Below, piece by piece: positions 8,001 to 20,100 of a stretch of 64,000 nt of DNA (its first letter is position 1; each line of letters starts with the position of its first letter). The DNA comes from Candidatus Omnitrophota bacterium (GTDB taxonomy: Bacteria; Omnitrophota; Gorgyraeia; Gygaellales; Profunditerraquicolaceae): positions 4,921-68,920 of the forward strand of contig JAPLLR010000046.1 of assembly GCA_026387455.1 (NCBI GenBank). Direction: 5' to 3'. Made by a program: the position numbers and the translations under genes. A model generated the notes under the pieces. It ran no database searches. It saw only the letters and a list, made by a program, of their open reading frames with translations, and was not told the origin of the DNA.

Positions 8001-8044
8001 TACCGACGAAAAAATCAGTATTTGCCAGTTCGGCTTTTATTTTT
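7993..8044 (+). terminator. putative intrinsic terminator / riboswitch expression platform
   Basis: Imperfect hairpin CTGCCGAATACCGA (7993-8006), loop cgaaaaaa, TCAGTATTTGCCAG (8015-8028). An alternative outer pairing is GCCGAA (7995-8000) with TTCGGC (8029-8034). It is followed by TTTTATTTTT (8035-8044). The left arm overlaps the 3' end of the aptamer. Confidence 0.45.
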
Positions 8045-8139
8045 AAGTAGTTAATAAGTAGTTTTAAAAATACTTTATAAACGAGAATATGAAAAACAAG
8101 AGGTTTTACCTCATAGTATTTAAATTAAAAGTATAATAA

Positions 8140-11100
8140 ATGCCTAATCAAAAGCCACGGACAGAAGAAGAGAATTCGCTAGAGCAACCCGAGACCCAGG
8201 TGAAATTTGTTTCCAAGTTCCAGGCCTGGATCCGCGTGGTTGCTTTTATTGTTGTAGCGGTCTTTCTTCCGGAGCAGGTAGCCCAGGCAGCGCAGTATGA
8301 TTGGCGCGTGCTCTGGAACAAGCCCGGCGTGACAACTTTTACCCCCAACTATCTTGCTAATCCTGATTCTCTGCGCAATCTGGATATCCCCCTAACCATA
8401 AAGAAGATCCTCAGTGACATCGCCAATAAGCAAGTCAATGCCATAAAGCTTTCTGACAATCTTACCATTGAGCTGGATAGGCCTCTAGAAATGTCCACTG
8501 TGCGCATTGAAGAGATCTTCAACTGGCTCAAGGGCAGGCCTTGCGGCTCAAAAGCGCTTTATGATTTCTTAAGCTTTAAGGGTATCCAAGCCTCTGAGCA
8601 AGATATCGCAGTAATGGCTTTGACCGTGGATATCTTAAATAACGTGGTTAAGCCTGAAGGAAACCCCGAAATTATTCTCAACTCTCTATATGCTTTGTCT
8701 AAGGCTTCTGAGTTCTTCGGCCTTAAGACTTATCCGGTTAAGCTTGCAATAGGAGAGCCTGTTGCTTCCTTAGCGCCATTCTTGGCCCATGTCAACGGCA
8801 ATCACTATGTCTTAGTTACGCGCATAGCAAATGGCAAAGTATATTTCAGCGATCTGCATAAAGAAGAATTTTTGGCCCTAGATAAATTTGCCGAGAAGTT
8901 TACCGGCAATGCTTTAGTCACTCAGCTGATTGATGGCGTTACTGAGCTTAGCGTTAAAGAAGCGATGCAGGTGATGGGGGCAAATGACGATGATTTTGTT
9001 GGGCCTCCAGCTCCAGCGCCCGCTCCACCTAGCTCAGACTTTGTTGGGCCTCCAGCTCCTGCACCAGCTCCTGCACCTGCATCTGCTCCTGCGGCTCCAA
9101 GCTCGGCTTCGTTAAACTCAGGCTATCAGCCGGGCGGCTATAATGGTAATACTTGGGTTCCTCCTTCTGTTGCTACTGCTGATGGCGGTAGGGTTGCTGT
9201 AGGGCCGGTTAGTTCAGGGATAGCCGAAGCCTATAACGCAGCAAATGCAGCGCCTTCACTATCTGCGCCGGCTCCATATTTAGATCGTTTTCAAAGTTCT
9301 GATCTAGGCACAGCTCCTACACCAAAATATGTGGCTCCTTCAGTATCTGCGCCGGCTCCTGTCGCTCCAGCGGCAATAAAGTCTGCTGATTATGCAAGAC
9401 GGCAACAAGCCGAAAACGCATTTAGCTATAGTCCCGGAGCAGGCACTAGTGATTATTATAAAGTCCCGGTAATAGACCAAGAGACAGGGCAGACCATAAG
9501 AACAGAATTAGTGAACAAGCACATTACAGATAGTGCTGAATCTCGCAGAGTCGCTGAAGGATTATTAAAAGATCAGGGCATACAGGTCCAGGGATCTACC
9601 TTGACAACCCTTAAACCTTTAGAACAGCTTGGCACCGCACCTCTTCTCCCGGATAAAATTTTATTTGCAGGAGATGGTAAAACGCCATTTTTGTCATCAC
9701 TCCCTTCAGCGACTAACGGTATTCCTAATTTGGTGGAGCACCAGATCTTGGTGGTGGCTGAAAAAGGAACTCTTCATTATAATATGTATGTTCCTCAAGC
9801 AAACGCTGATATTGCGCCTATCTATGTAGGAGATCATGCTCAGCTGAAAGGGACTCCAGGTTGTCCGAGTGGAATTTGTATGGATGCTGGCTGGAAAGGT
9901 GATACTGCAGCTCGTAATGATGGTGCAGCTTTTGTAGATATTAAAACATGGACGGGATGGCATACAACTACAGGCGAAGTCGCACCCTATGAGCAATTTA
10001 CTAATGGGGTATTTCATATTGGTAAAACTGCGTCAGAGCCACATTTCTCAGGAAACCCTATTGAGAGAGTAATTTTGCAAGATAACGTTGCAGTAGGCAT
10101 TAGTACGCTAGGCCAAACTTCTGCTTATCAACAGCCGGTTGTACTAACTGATGGTACGAAAGTTTCTGCTGAAGGCTGGAGAAATAATTATACGGTTAAT
10201 GTAGTCAAACCGGTTGTCCAGGTAGGACCGGATTTGAAAAACACAAGATATGATGGTTTCTATGTATCGCATGATCAAGCTGGGAATTCTGTTGGAGTAA
10301 GCCCCCTGATGACTAGAGTGGACATAATGGCAGATGTAAACCAGAGGAAAAGTCAGGGGGAGCTATACACACCAACCATGCCCGGAGATAATGTCATAGT
10401 TTTCGCCGGAGATGTAAATTCTTATATTTCAACCGGGGCTGCGATGACTAAAGTTGAGGCATTTGCAAGAGTTCCTAAGATTACCAATGATTTTTATAAT
10501 TATCAGTGGGGCAATAATTTTTATCAGCCTAAAGAATTAGTTGGTTCAGCAGAAAATTATGCTACCGGGCAGGTAATACCTTTTACTAACCCTCAGGAAT
10601 TTATTGATAATACTCATATTAGAATTGCCGCTCCTTTGCAGGATGGAGTTAGCGCTACCGGAGAAATAACCAGTATGTCCGGCTGGAAACAGGATGGTTT
10701 TATGATCCCGCTTGCTCCTTTTACCTCGGCCGACGGGATGGGTTACACAAAGAACGAGCTCACCGGAAAAGTAAAATCGTTCAAGATAGAGGGGGTTGAT
10801 TTTAAAGTTGATTATGCCGCCAAGCAGCCCGATATATTTAATCAGAAGTTATCGGTATATGGCACCGGAGAAGCATTCGCGGTTTTACCGCCTTATAAAA
10901 CGGCGACTGATGGAGGGGCGAGCATCTATATGACAGGGACTAAGGTTGAATTAGGTGTGGGATATAAGGCGGGAGATTCAATAGCAGTTATTTCAACTCA
11001 AGGTATTCAAGGAGGCCGGATAGAATTTCTCGTGCCGAATTTAGATATTAATAAGAATATTCAAGATCAGATAAAAGATGCTACCCAGCCTATGGTTATA

Positions 11101-14100
11101 CAAGATATAAACTTCAACCCCGGATACCAGGCGCAGTTTGCTAGGGATATAAATAAGGATAATACGATCGCGCTTTCCAAGGATGTGTTAGGCGGTAAGG
11201 TTGAGTTCTGGGGCGGGGGAGTAAAGTCATTGTACAGTGGCGAGATAAAGCCTTTAGGCAACAAGGAAGCTTTCTTTAATACTCACGCTGTCGCCGATAG
11301 GAACTTGGGCTTGGAAACAATATACAAGTTTGATAAGCAGGGCCTGACCTACAGCGGGTTACATGCATGGGAGCTGAATAAGTTCATTACCCCTTCAATA
11401 CAAGATCTAACAGGAATTCAGGAAGAGATGAAGAGTACCTTCATCGGAAAAACCCAGAACTATAATGAGGTATTTATTAATAAGGATCAGACGGTTTTCT
11501 ACAAGCCGGAAATATACAATGTTGGCGGCGCAAAAGCAGGACGCATCGAAAAGCTTTCTGTTGAAAAGCTTGCTGATCCTGCGACGTTTAGGACCAGCGA
11601 GGAAAGCAAACATCTTTACAAATCCACCGCGCTTACTCCGGATGCCAAAGTCGCTATTATTCATGCGCAGATCACCGGGCCTGAGCAGCTTAAGACTGAT
11701 GCTGCTACCTTTAGCCCGATGTTTGCGAATGTGCGGCACCAGTTTGAAGGCGGGATAGAAAAGTTTGTTGCAGCCGTGGAGCTTAATGACGCAGGTAAGA
11801 TAAAAGGCGAGGTAATTGCTATCGCTGATGTAAGAGCCTCTGCTGGTCTGCGGGATATCTTTAAAAATAAAGTTGAGATTAAAGGGGATAAGTATGCTTT
11901 AGAAGGGCTTAAAGGGAAGACGTATGAGCTCAATACAGCGGGTTTTGTGCAAGGGCAATTCATCAAAGGCAAGGGTGGCGCGTTATCCGGATGGAATAAT
12001 ATAGATGTGACAACAGATCAATTCCTTGCAATTACCGGAAGACAGGTAGAGAAAACTGATGGGTATCTTAAGGGTGTTGATCTTTGGATTTCGGATGGCG
12101 GCAGCAGAATCCAGGATGTCGGCTATGATAAGGCGAATGCGGGAAGTGGTTTTTATCGTCCGTTAGCTGCGGATAGGGCAGCAGATTTCAACAAGACTAG
12201 AATATGGAAGAACGAATTTGGCAAGGAATATGTAAAAATAGACACCAAATTAGGCGCACTTCCCGGTGATCAGCGCGATACACCCTACCTCATGGTTACC
12301 GATAAAAAAGCGCAGCCGGTCATGGTTGGCATAGGAGAAACTAACACGCAGATGCTGGAGATGTTCGACCAGCTGCACATGGCACGGGCCAACAACGATA
12401 CAGCGCGCATCGCAGAAATAAACAAGAACATAGAAGCAGAAACAACCAGGATAAAGGCGCAGTCCGCAACTTCCGGCAGTGATGGCTGGGATAAGGTATT
12501 TAGCGAAAAAAGGGCTCTGGATTATTCTAAACAAGGTAAATATATCTATGCTGCCGGAAACCAGGTTGCTACTTTTGCTATTAATGAACTTGTCAGCGGC
12601 AATGTGGCCCTATCAGGAGATTTCCGCGGGACCGCTAATACCGGAAGTGTTCTGAATATGAAAGATGAGATCGCAGGGGTCGCCACCACAGTTTTCTTAA
12701 ACAAAAATCAGGAGGCAGCTTTTACAAAAGGTATTTTTAGCGGCGGCAAAGGATTCGCTGATCCAGCCCATGCGGATCTGGGGCAGGTGCTTATAAACAA
12801 TCAAGGCCAGGTTACCAGCGGATATTTCTATGCCGGCACACCTAATCAGCGCGCTACAGAGATCCAAGAGACTATTGTAGAAGTCAAGACAGCAGATGCG
12901 CAAGCTGCAACCGGAAGAATGTTGCTTAAGGATTATTGGTATGAAGCAAAAGGAGCAGCAGATCCTTCCAAAATAGAGCTTCTTGGCGGCACAGTCAGGC
13001 AGGCGCAGGTAGCAGGCTATAATTTGTTGACCAAGGAAACTTCGCTTATAGATTTCTCAAGAAACGGTAATAAGGATAATACTTTTGTGACCAGGGGAGA
13101 TGCTGCTATTCCGTGGCTGGTGCCTGTGGTGGATGGATTTGTGCCGGCAAAAGGCGGGGAAAACAATCCGGATAATCAGGCGCCCTATGCAATGGCGTAT
13201 GAATATAAAAAGGCAGCTCAGACGGATCCGGTGCACACCCTGATCAGCGGGCCGCAGCATCTGGTCTTCAGTCCCACCAATAAGATCACTTCCGAACAGG
13301 GCAGGGTAACCCGCGATATGCTGGACATGAAGAATATTAAGATCGAAGGGGATTCTGCTAGCAAGCCCATTCCTTTGTCAGCGCAGGTGGACAGAGATTT
13401 TAATGTCAAGGCAAGCAAGGGGTTTGAGTTTGTCGGCTCCGGGCAATTGACCACTGATGAGCGCGGCAATATGCAGTTTAATGGCAAGGAAACTAATGTC
13501 AGAGAATATGCCGGCAGCGAAAAAGCCCCTATTGACAGGATGACCCGTCAGGTGTTTGTCGAGGGATTAACGGAACCGATAGAAATGGAATTCCAGAAAG
13601 GCTGGTATAAGACAGATACATTCGGAAATCCTGCAGACGGAGCAGCTGAGGCGGTAGGACTTCAGGGAAAGATGTTTAAGGGCATGAAGCTGGACGGCAT
13701 GGGTCAATTCACATTTGAGGGAAACCATGTAAATTTAGTCCAGGAAATGAGACGTATTGAGGATGTTGAGAAGATAAACCCCCGTGACGCTCAAACTCAG
13801 GCTGCTCTTGAAGCAAAAGTAAATGACATAGTTGCACAAACAAAACCGGAGTTTTCTAAGCCCATCAGCATAGAAGAGGCGGTTAAGCAGATAGCCCAGG
13901 CTTATCTTGATTATAACGCAGAGGGTGCACATTATCATCCTAATGGTGTAGATCCTCGCGGACAGGATAAGAACTGTTTTGGCTTTGCTGTTGATCTTCA
14001 AAACAGGCTTGAACAGATAGGCGTACACAGTACCGTTATACAGGTGGGTGATGGGGATGATCATGCTGCACTTTTGGTAAGAACAGAGGGCGCCAACGGC

Positions 14101-17100
14101 TATTACATTATTGACCCGGCAATGAATGTAGCCGGCAGAGGGGAAGTCGTTAATAAATGGAGAGATAGCGTAGCCCAGCAAACAGTCAGCATTTTAGGAG
14201 ATAAGTCGTCTACTTCAGTCACCTTTGATGAATTTGCTAATCAATCTACAGCAGTAGGGCTTGCAGAGAAATCCAATCCCCAAGGCTATATAGATAGTGC
14301 TGTAGCAAGGCGCATGGCTCAAAAGCAGACGGATGTTTCTTATAATGCAGATGGAACAGTTTCCGGATACCAGACGCTTAAATTTTCCGCGGACCACAAT
14401 GTTGCCACAGAAGTACAGGGTTTTGTATCCGGCACCACCTATGCTGCCAGATACGGGAATATGAAGCCCGGAGAAAGACATGTGCCGATTGTATATACAA
14501 ATGAAAACGGAGAGTATGACAATGATAGCGGATTCCGGGCGCCTGCATCGCGCACCATTGAAACGGATATTTACGGTACCCTTAAAACTGATCAGGGAAT
14601 TATTTCTGTGGGCCGCCCAGAAAACACCTTCAAGAGTCTGGCGATTGAAGGTAGGGTTCCTGATGGAACAGGTTCGACCAAAGGCGGAGTGATCGCCCAC
14701 GATATTTATTACGAGGCGATGAAAAAAGGCGATGGCTTTGAGTTTGTCGGTGGCACTATGGGTCAGGCGGATTTAGTGAAGATATTAAAAGGTGGAAATA
14801 AAGAGTCTGCCCCCAACATCTTAAATTCTGCGACTACTAATTTGAAAGAAACACAAGGCCTCCTTACAACAAAAAATAATGAACCGTTGCATTTAATGAT
14901 GGCTTCCGGGCAGTTCAATGATATTTCCTTTACTACAGGCGATCAGGACGGCAAACCGCAAAGTAGCACTAATCCAACCGCAGGCACATCCGCAGAAGCA
15001 GATGCCAAAAATAAGAGGCCATTGAATCCTGAATTAGACGCTAACAAGGCGTTTACCGGCAGGGTCACCGGTGAGCAGCACCTTAAATTTATGCCTTCTT
15101 TCAGCGGGGCCGGCGGAAGGGTGGAAGGGGATCTTTCTGACGTGGTAATAAGTACCACAGGGTTTAAACAGGCTGAGGTTAAGGAGCAAAACGGCAAGAC
15201 AGTGCTCAAAGATGCAAGCCAGCAGTTTACCCAGGTGCCTCTATTCTATGACCGCGAGAATCCGCAGGTGACCAAGAGGTTGTTTACCAGCACCCTAACC
15301 CCCGAGAAAAAGGATGGGGGTTTAAAGATTGAATTAAATGCCCAGGGCAATGTTATTACTGATCTGGCAGGCATAGCCGTAGGCGATGCTGCCAAGGAAC
15401 AAAGAGTACGCTCAAGCGAATTTTTGGCTGTGAAAGAAAAGGACCATGCGGGAACTAATCCTGCTGCCGACGGTGAAAAGATACAGGTGCGCCTGAGAGA
15501 TTTCTACACCGGCGGGCTGGTTCAGAAGAATGGTTCTGTGGTTTCTATTTTTGGGGAAACCGGAAAGCCGCTAGAAGAAGTGGACCCGATTGCAAAAGAT
15601 GCGGTAAGTAATTATCCGCTCACTAGGTCTTATATAGAACTGTCAGATCAGGACCTTGGCGAGTATAGCGGCACCCGGATAGCCGGGGGGATCAGGACCG
15701 CAGGTGGTGAGTCGATATTTTTCCATAATATTAGTGATCCGGAGACATTTGCCAGAGCAGAGCAAGCGGTTAAGCCGGTGCAAAAGATGACTGCCGAAGA
15801 AAATAAGGCTCTTGCCGAGAAGGTGGGCTTGGACCCTAAGGAGTTTAATAAGCCCGGCAATCAGCTGACCCCAGAGCAGATAGAAACGTTGGCCGGAAAA
15901 AGAAATATCTATAGCCTTAACCAGCTTTCTGCGGAACAGATAGATAAAGTAAGAGGAGAATTAAGCCGCTTAGGCCAAGACAGTCAGAAAAAAGATGTGC
16001 AAGCCCAAGCCGGAGATTTAGCCAGACAATTACAACAAATCAAGGCAGGCAGTATTACCCCGGAGCAGGCAGTATTCCTCTTTGGCGCGCAGGATTTGTT
16101 AAACCGCAACTTTACGCCATCCCGCCATCTCAATGTTTCTAAGAATGATTCAGGCGCAGTGCATGCCAAAGGAGAGCAGATACTTGATGCGACATTCTCA
16201 TCTAATATGGCTAATGAAGGCGGAACTATGAGCGCCAATATTACTAATATGGGAGTGAGCCTTTCCGAGAATTTGTCTGAAGGGGTCAATACCACTTCAG
16301 TGTTGGCGAACAGGCAGACTATGAAAGAGCTAGCTAAGAATGTTGGTGCTACGTATATAGGAAAGCCGCTGGATCAGATCGACGAAAGAGGAGAGGTGGT
16401 TTACGGAAAAGGATTAAATTCCGGACATTTAGGGCTAAGATTATCTGACAATTTTTATCAGGAAATTGCGGTGAACAAAGAAGGAAATGTGGTGACTGAA
16501 GGCGCAGGGATATTCGCTGGTACAAAAGAAAAGCCAGTATGGTTTTCTTATTTTGAAGGTGCCAAGGCGATCGGAGATAAGAAGGCAGAAGCCACTACGC
16601 TAGAGATGAATAATTTCCGGTATTCAGGTGTTCTTAAAGAAGGAGTAGTGGTGGCAAAGGAGGGATATGTAGATTCTCTCAAAGAAGTAAACGGCGGGAA
16701 GATAGAGCTTGGTAAAGACGGCCATGATCCGAGTAAGGGCCTGCGCACTGCCGGAGGCAAAGAGGTATTCTTTACTTCTTTGTCCACCCCTGAGGCTTTT
16801 GGCGGCGATCCGCAGGCGATGAGGAAGCAGGCGGCTTTAGAGAATGCAAGGAGCTTAAGGGCAGCAGGGAAAAGTGATGCGGAAATCGCCAAGATGCTTA
16901 AGGTTGAGCAGAAGTATAGCAAAGAGGATGCTGAACAGATTATCCGTGAATCAAAGGTAAAGCCTAATGTGGTCGCAGAAATCAAGAAAGAAGACTTAAG
17001 GAAGCTTGAGGTGTCTCCTGATTTCAAGGCAACAGGAGTTCAGGTATTGCTGCCTTCTTTCTCAGCAAACCTAATGCAGGAAGGTGGAAAGATTACCGCA

Positions 17101-20100
17101 GACTTAAGAAAGACCGCCATATCTTTTGATAACCGCATGGTCGGCCAGGGGCTGGCCACCACTTCTGTGATAAAGGATGGTGAAGTTGCTTATGTGAAGG
17201 GTATATATGCGCCATGGAGTATGGGTAAGGTTGATTTCAGGTTAGTAATTGATGACAATGGAAACATGGTTACTAAGGGTGGCGGGGTATTCGCCGGCAC
17301 AGCTGAAAACCCCATAGAATATGCCTATCAGGACGCTTTCCGCGCCAAGGGAGAGAATTTGACTGAAGCCTACCAGCTGCCTGAGCCCATTAAATTAAAT
17401 AATTATTACTATGATGCAATACTCGGCGAGGGCGGTCTAAGTATCCAGAGTGGCAAAGTAGAAAGCATAGAAGTGGCCGGTAAGGAGATAAAGCTTAAAG
17501 GCCATGATCTAGCAAAAGGCATGATTACTGACAGTAGTACTCCTACCTACTTATTCTTGGGCAGGGTTTCCCGCTTTGACAATAAAGGCAGGCCGCAGAA
17601 AGAGGAAAAACAAAGCTCTACCGAAGCATCGCAAACATGGGATTTTTCTGCCGGCAAGGAAGCTCCTGCTTTTGATCTATCCGGATCTTTCGGCGGGACT
17701 TACGGCAACGTACCTTTTATGGACATAGTAAACAAAGGGATTAATGATACCTTAGATAAAGCGGCGCCTCAAGATAGAAAAAAATTCGTAGATGATACGC
17801 TTGCGGCGCAGACTCAGCGCGCAGAGGCAAAGGGAGATGTTCAGGCGATGCTAAAGGCAGAAATGGAAAAGGCAAGCAGAAAAGATAATCTGGGTATTGT
17901 CTTGTCCGGAGATGATTTCAAGGCCAGAGGCTCGCAGAAGCTGGACTTTACACCCACCAGCAACCTCTTTACTGACGGCGGCGGAACGATCTCAAGAGAC
18001 ATTACTTATAACAACTACACCCTGGTTGTAGATAGTAAGCAGCTGGTGCCTATGGTTACTGACGGAAATGACACCAAAGGTATCTTCCAGAATAAGGCAT
18101 CAGGCAGGATTTCTATCGCAGGCGGTAAATTGGGCGGGCAGGTGCTTACTCCTGGCGCAGGCGTATACGCAGGAACTAATGAGCGCAGAATAAATGGCAC
18201 ATACCAGGATGGAATATTAAATTCTATCTATGAAGCCTCTGGCCCGGTTCCAACTCTCTTAAAGAATTATTATTATACAGCAGAGGTCAAGGATAGCGAT
18301 AGTGACGGCATAGGCGATTCCCTGAATCTTTTGGGGGGAAAAGCGCAGAATATAAATTTTGTGGGCAGGGATTTATTGCCTAATGGAGATTATGAGCTCA
18401 ATAAATCCGGGTGGGCTATTTTCGGCGACTCCAAGGGCAAGTTAGCCCGGATCGGCAGTTTTTCACCTTCGCTTACTCTCTTTAGCGAGCGCGGGCAAAT
18501 TAACTTAGATAAAGATACGATTTTAGGTTCTTTATCCAAAGATGACACAACCTTAAAACTCATGACCACTATCGATGTCGCAAAGTATAGGAGCCTGCTT
18601 GCGGCTGAAGGGTACAGAACAGAAATAAAGAGAAATGATCTTTCCGGAATAAATTATATCCTTATTTACGATGAAAAGAATAGGGAGGTTGGCAGCGCAG
18701 CAGTTAGCGATGACGGCCTGAGGGTGAAGGGGGGAGTAATTCCCATCGCCAGAGACACTGAATCAGACACTATTTTCCGCGTGTACATGTATACCGCTGT
18801 TAAAGATGATAAGATTTACTTGAAACATGACGCATGGAATATCGAACAAGGCGTTGATGACGGCAAGACATTCAATCAGCTAGCTCGAGACGATAACGTG
18901 AAATGGGGACACAGGATGTTTTTGAGAAGTGACGAGACTGAGGGCGCGGACATGGCTGTGGCGCGGATGATGTATGCGCATGGTGTTGGTTCAAGGGGCG
19001 TCTGGTTTAATGATTATGATTCAAGGGATAAGCTGCTCAAAAAGTTTGACAGCGGAGAATATAACTGGTTTAAGATGCAGGATAATTTACTTACCCAAGA
19101 AAAATACACAGGTACAGCCGTCAGGAATTTCTACAAGACTTGGGGTTTTGTCCGCAATTTTCTGCCTGCTGCTCCTAGCGTTGAAGCCAGAGCGGACCAG
19201 AGTAATGGCGGGATGGTTTTGGAAGCAGTGGGAGATGCTGCTTTGATTGCCGGGCCGTTACTCAAAGGAATCGGCGTTGGCGCAAAGGGTCTGCAACTTA
19301 TCGGTGGGACAGCAAACGGTTCCTCTAGGGTAATGAGGGTAATCAACGCAGCAGCCAAATTGGAAGGAATGAGCACTCTTACCAAGGGAAGTGTGCAACT
19401 TGCCACCAAAGGATCAGCCAGTTCTTCTAGAATAATAAGCGGCCTAAGCAAGGGACTTCTTTGGGAGGGCAGGATTGGAAAAGCGGCGCAAGTAGCACAA
19501 GGTACCACTCGCGTTGCGAGCGCTGCCCAGAATCTCTCCTGGGGTTCCAGGGCCTTAAGAGGCGGCTGGAATAGCGGAAAATTTCTGGCTGGTCGCGTTG
19601 CGCCGCGCGTCGGCCTTTACGGCACATTAGGCGGTATCAACAGCTACAATTCCATGTCTGCTGAACAGAAGGATTGGTATTCTAGCGGTAGAGCAGCAGA
19701 AGCGTCGAAGGATTCACAGAATCATGCTATTGCTTTAAGGGATACCTTTAGAAGCTGGGCAGCCAACTGGGAAGTGGGGCTGGATGGTGCCATAGGAAAT
19801 AAGGCAGATGCTGATAAGGCAGATAGTGTTTCCAAAGGCCTGCAGCAGAACGCTTCCGTAATAACGCAGAATAATTCCAAAGCGATTAAAGAAGCAGTCC
19901 CGGGCCTAGGGGGAAAAATCCTGGCGATGCCGATGGATGTTGAGCAGACCCTTTTGGGTTTTGCCGGTTTTCCTTCGAATGCCTCCAGGAATATGGGCAA
20001 ATACGGCATAGCACAGGGTTCAGCAATGAGTGGTTGGAGCATGTACAGCTATCTTTCCTCTGTTGCGGAATCAGGAATATATGCATTGACTTCCCTCGAC

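Noticed and set aside
8089-8136. A 15-codon uORF (MKNKRFYLIVFKLKV*) ending 4 nt before the giant gene ATG; a possible leader peptide or translational coupling.
   Set aside because: The region is AT-rich, so short ORFs arise easily. There is no convincing SD and no regulatory codon pattern. It cannot be supported from the sequence alone.
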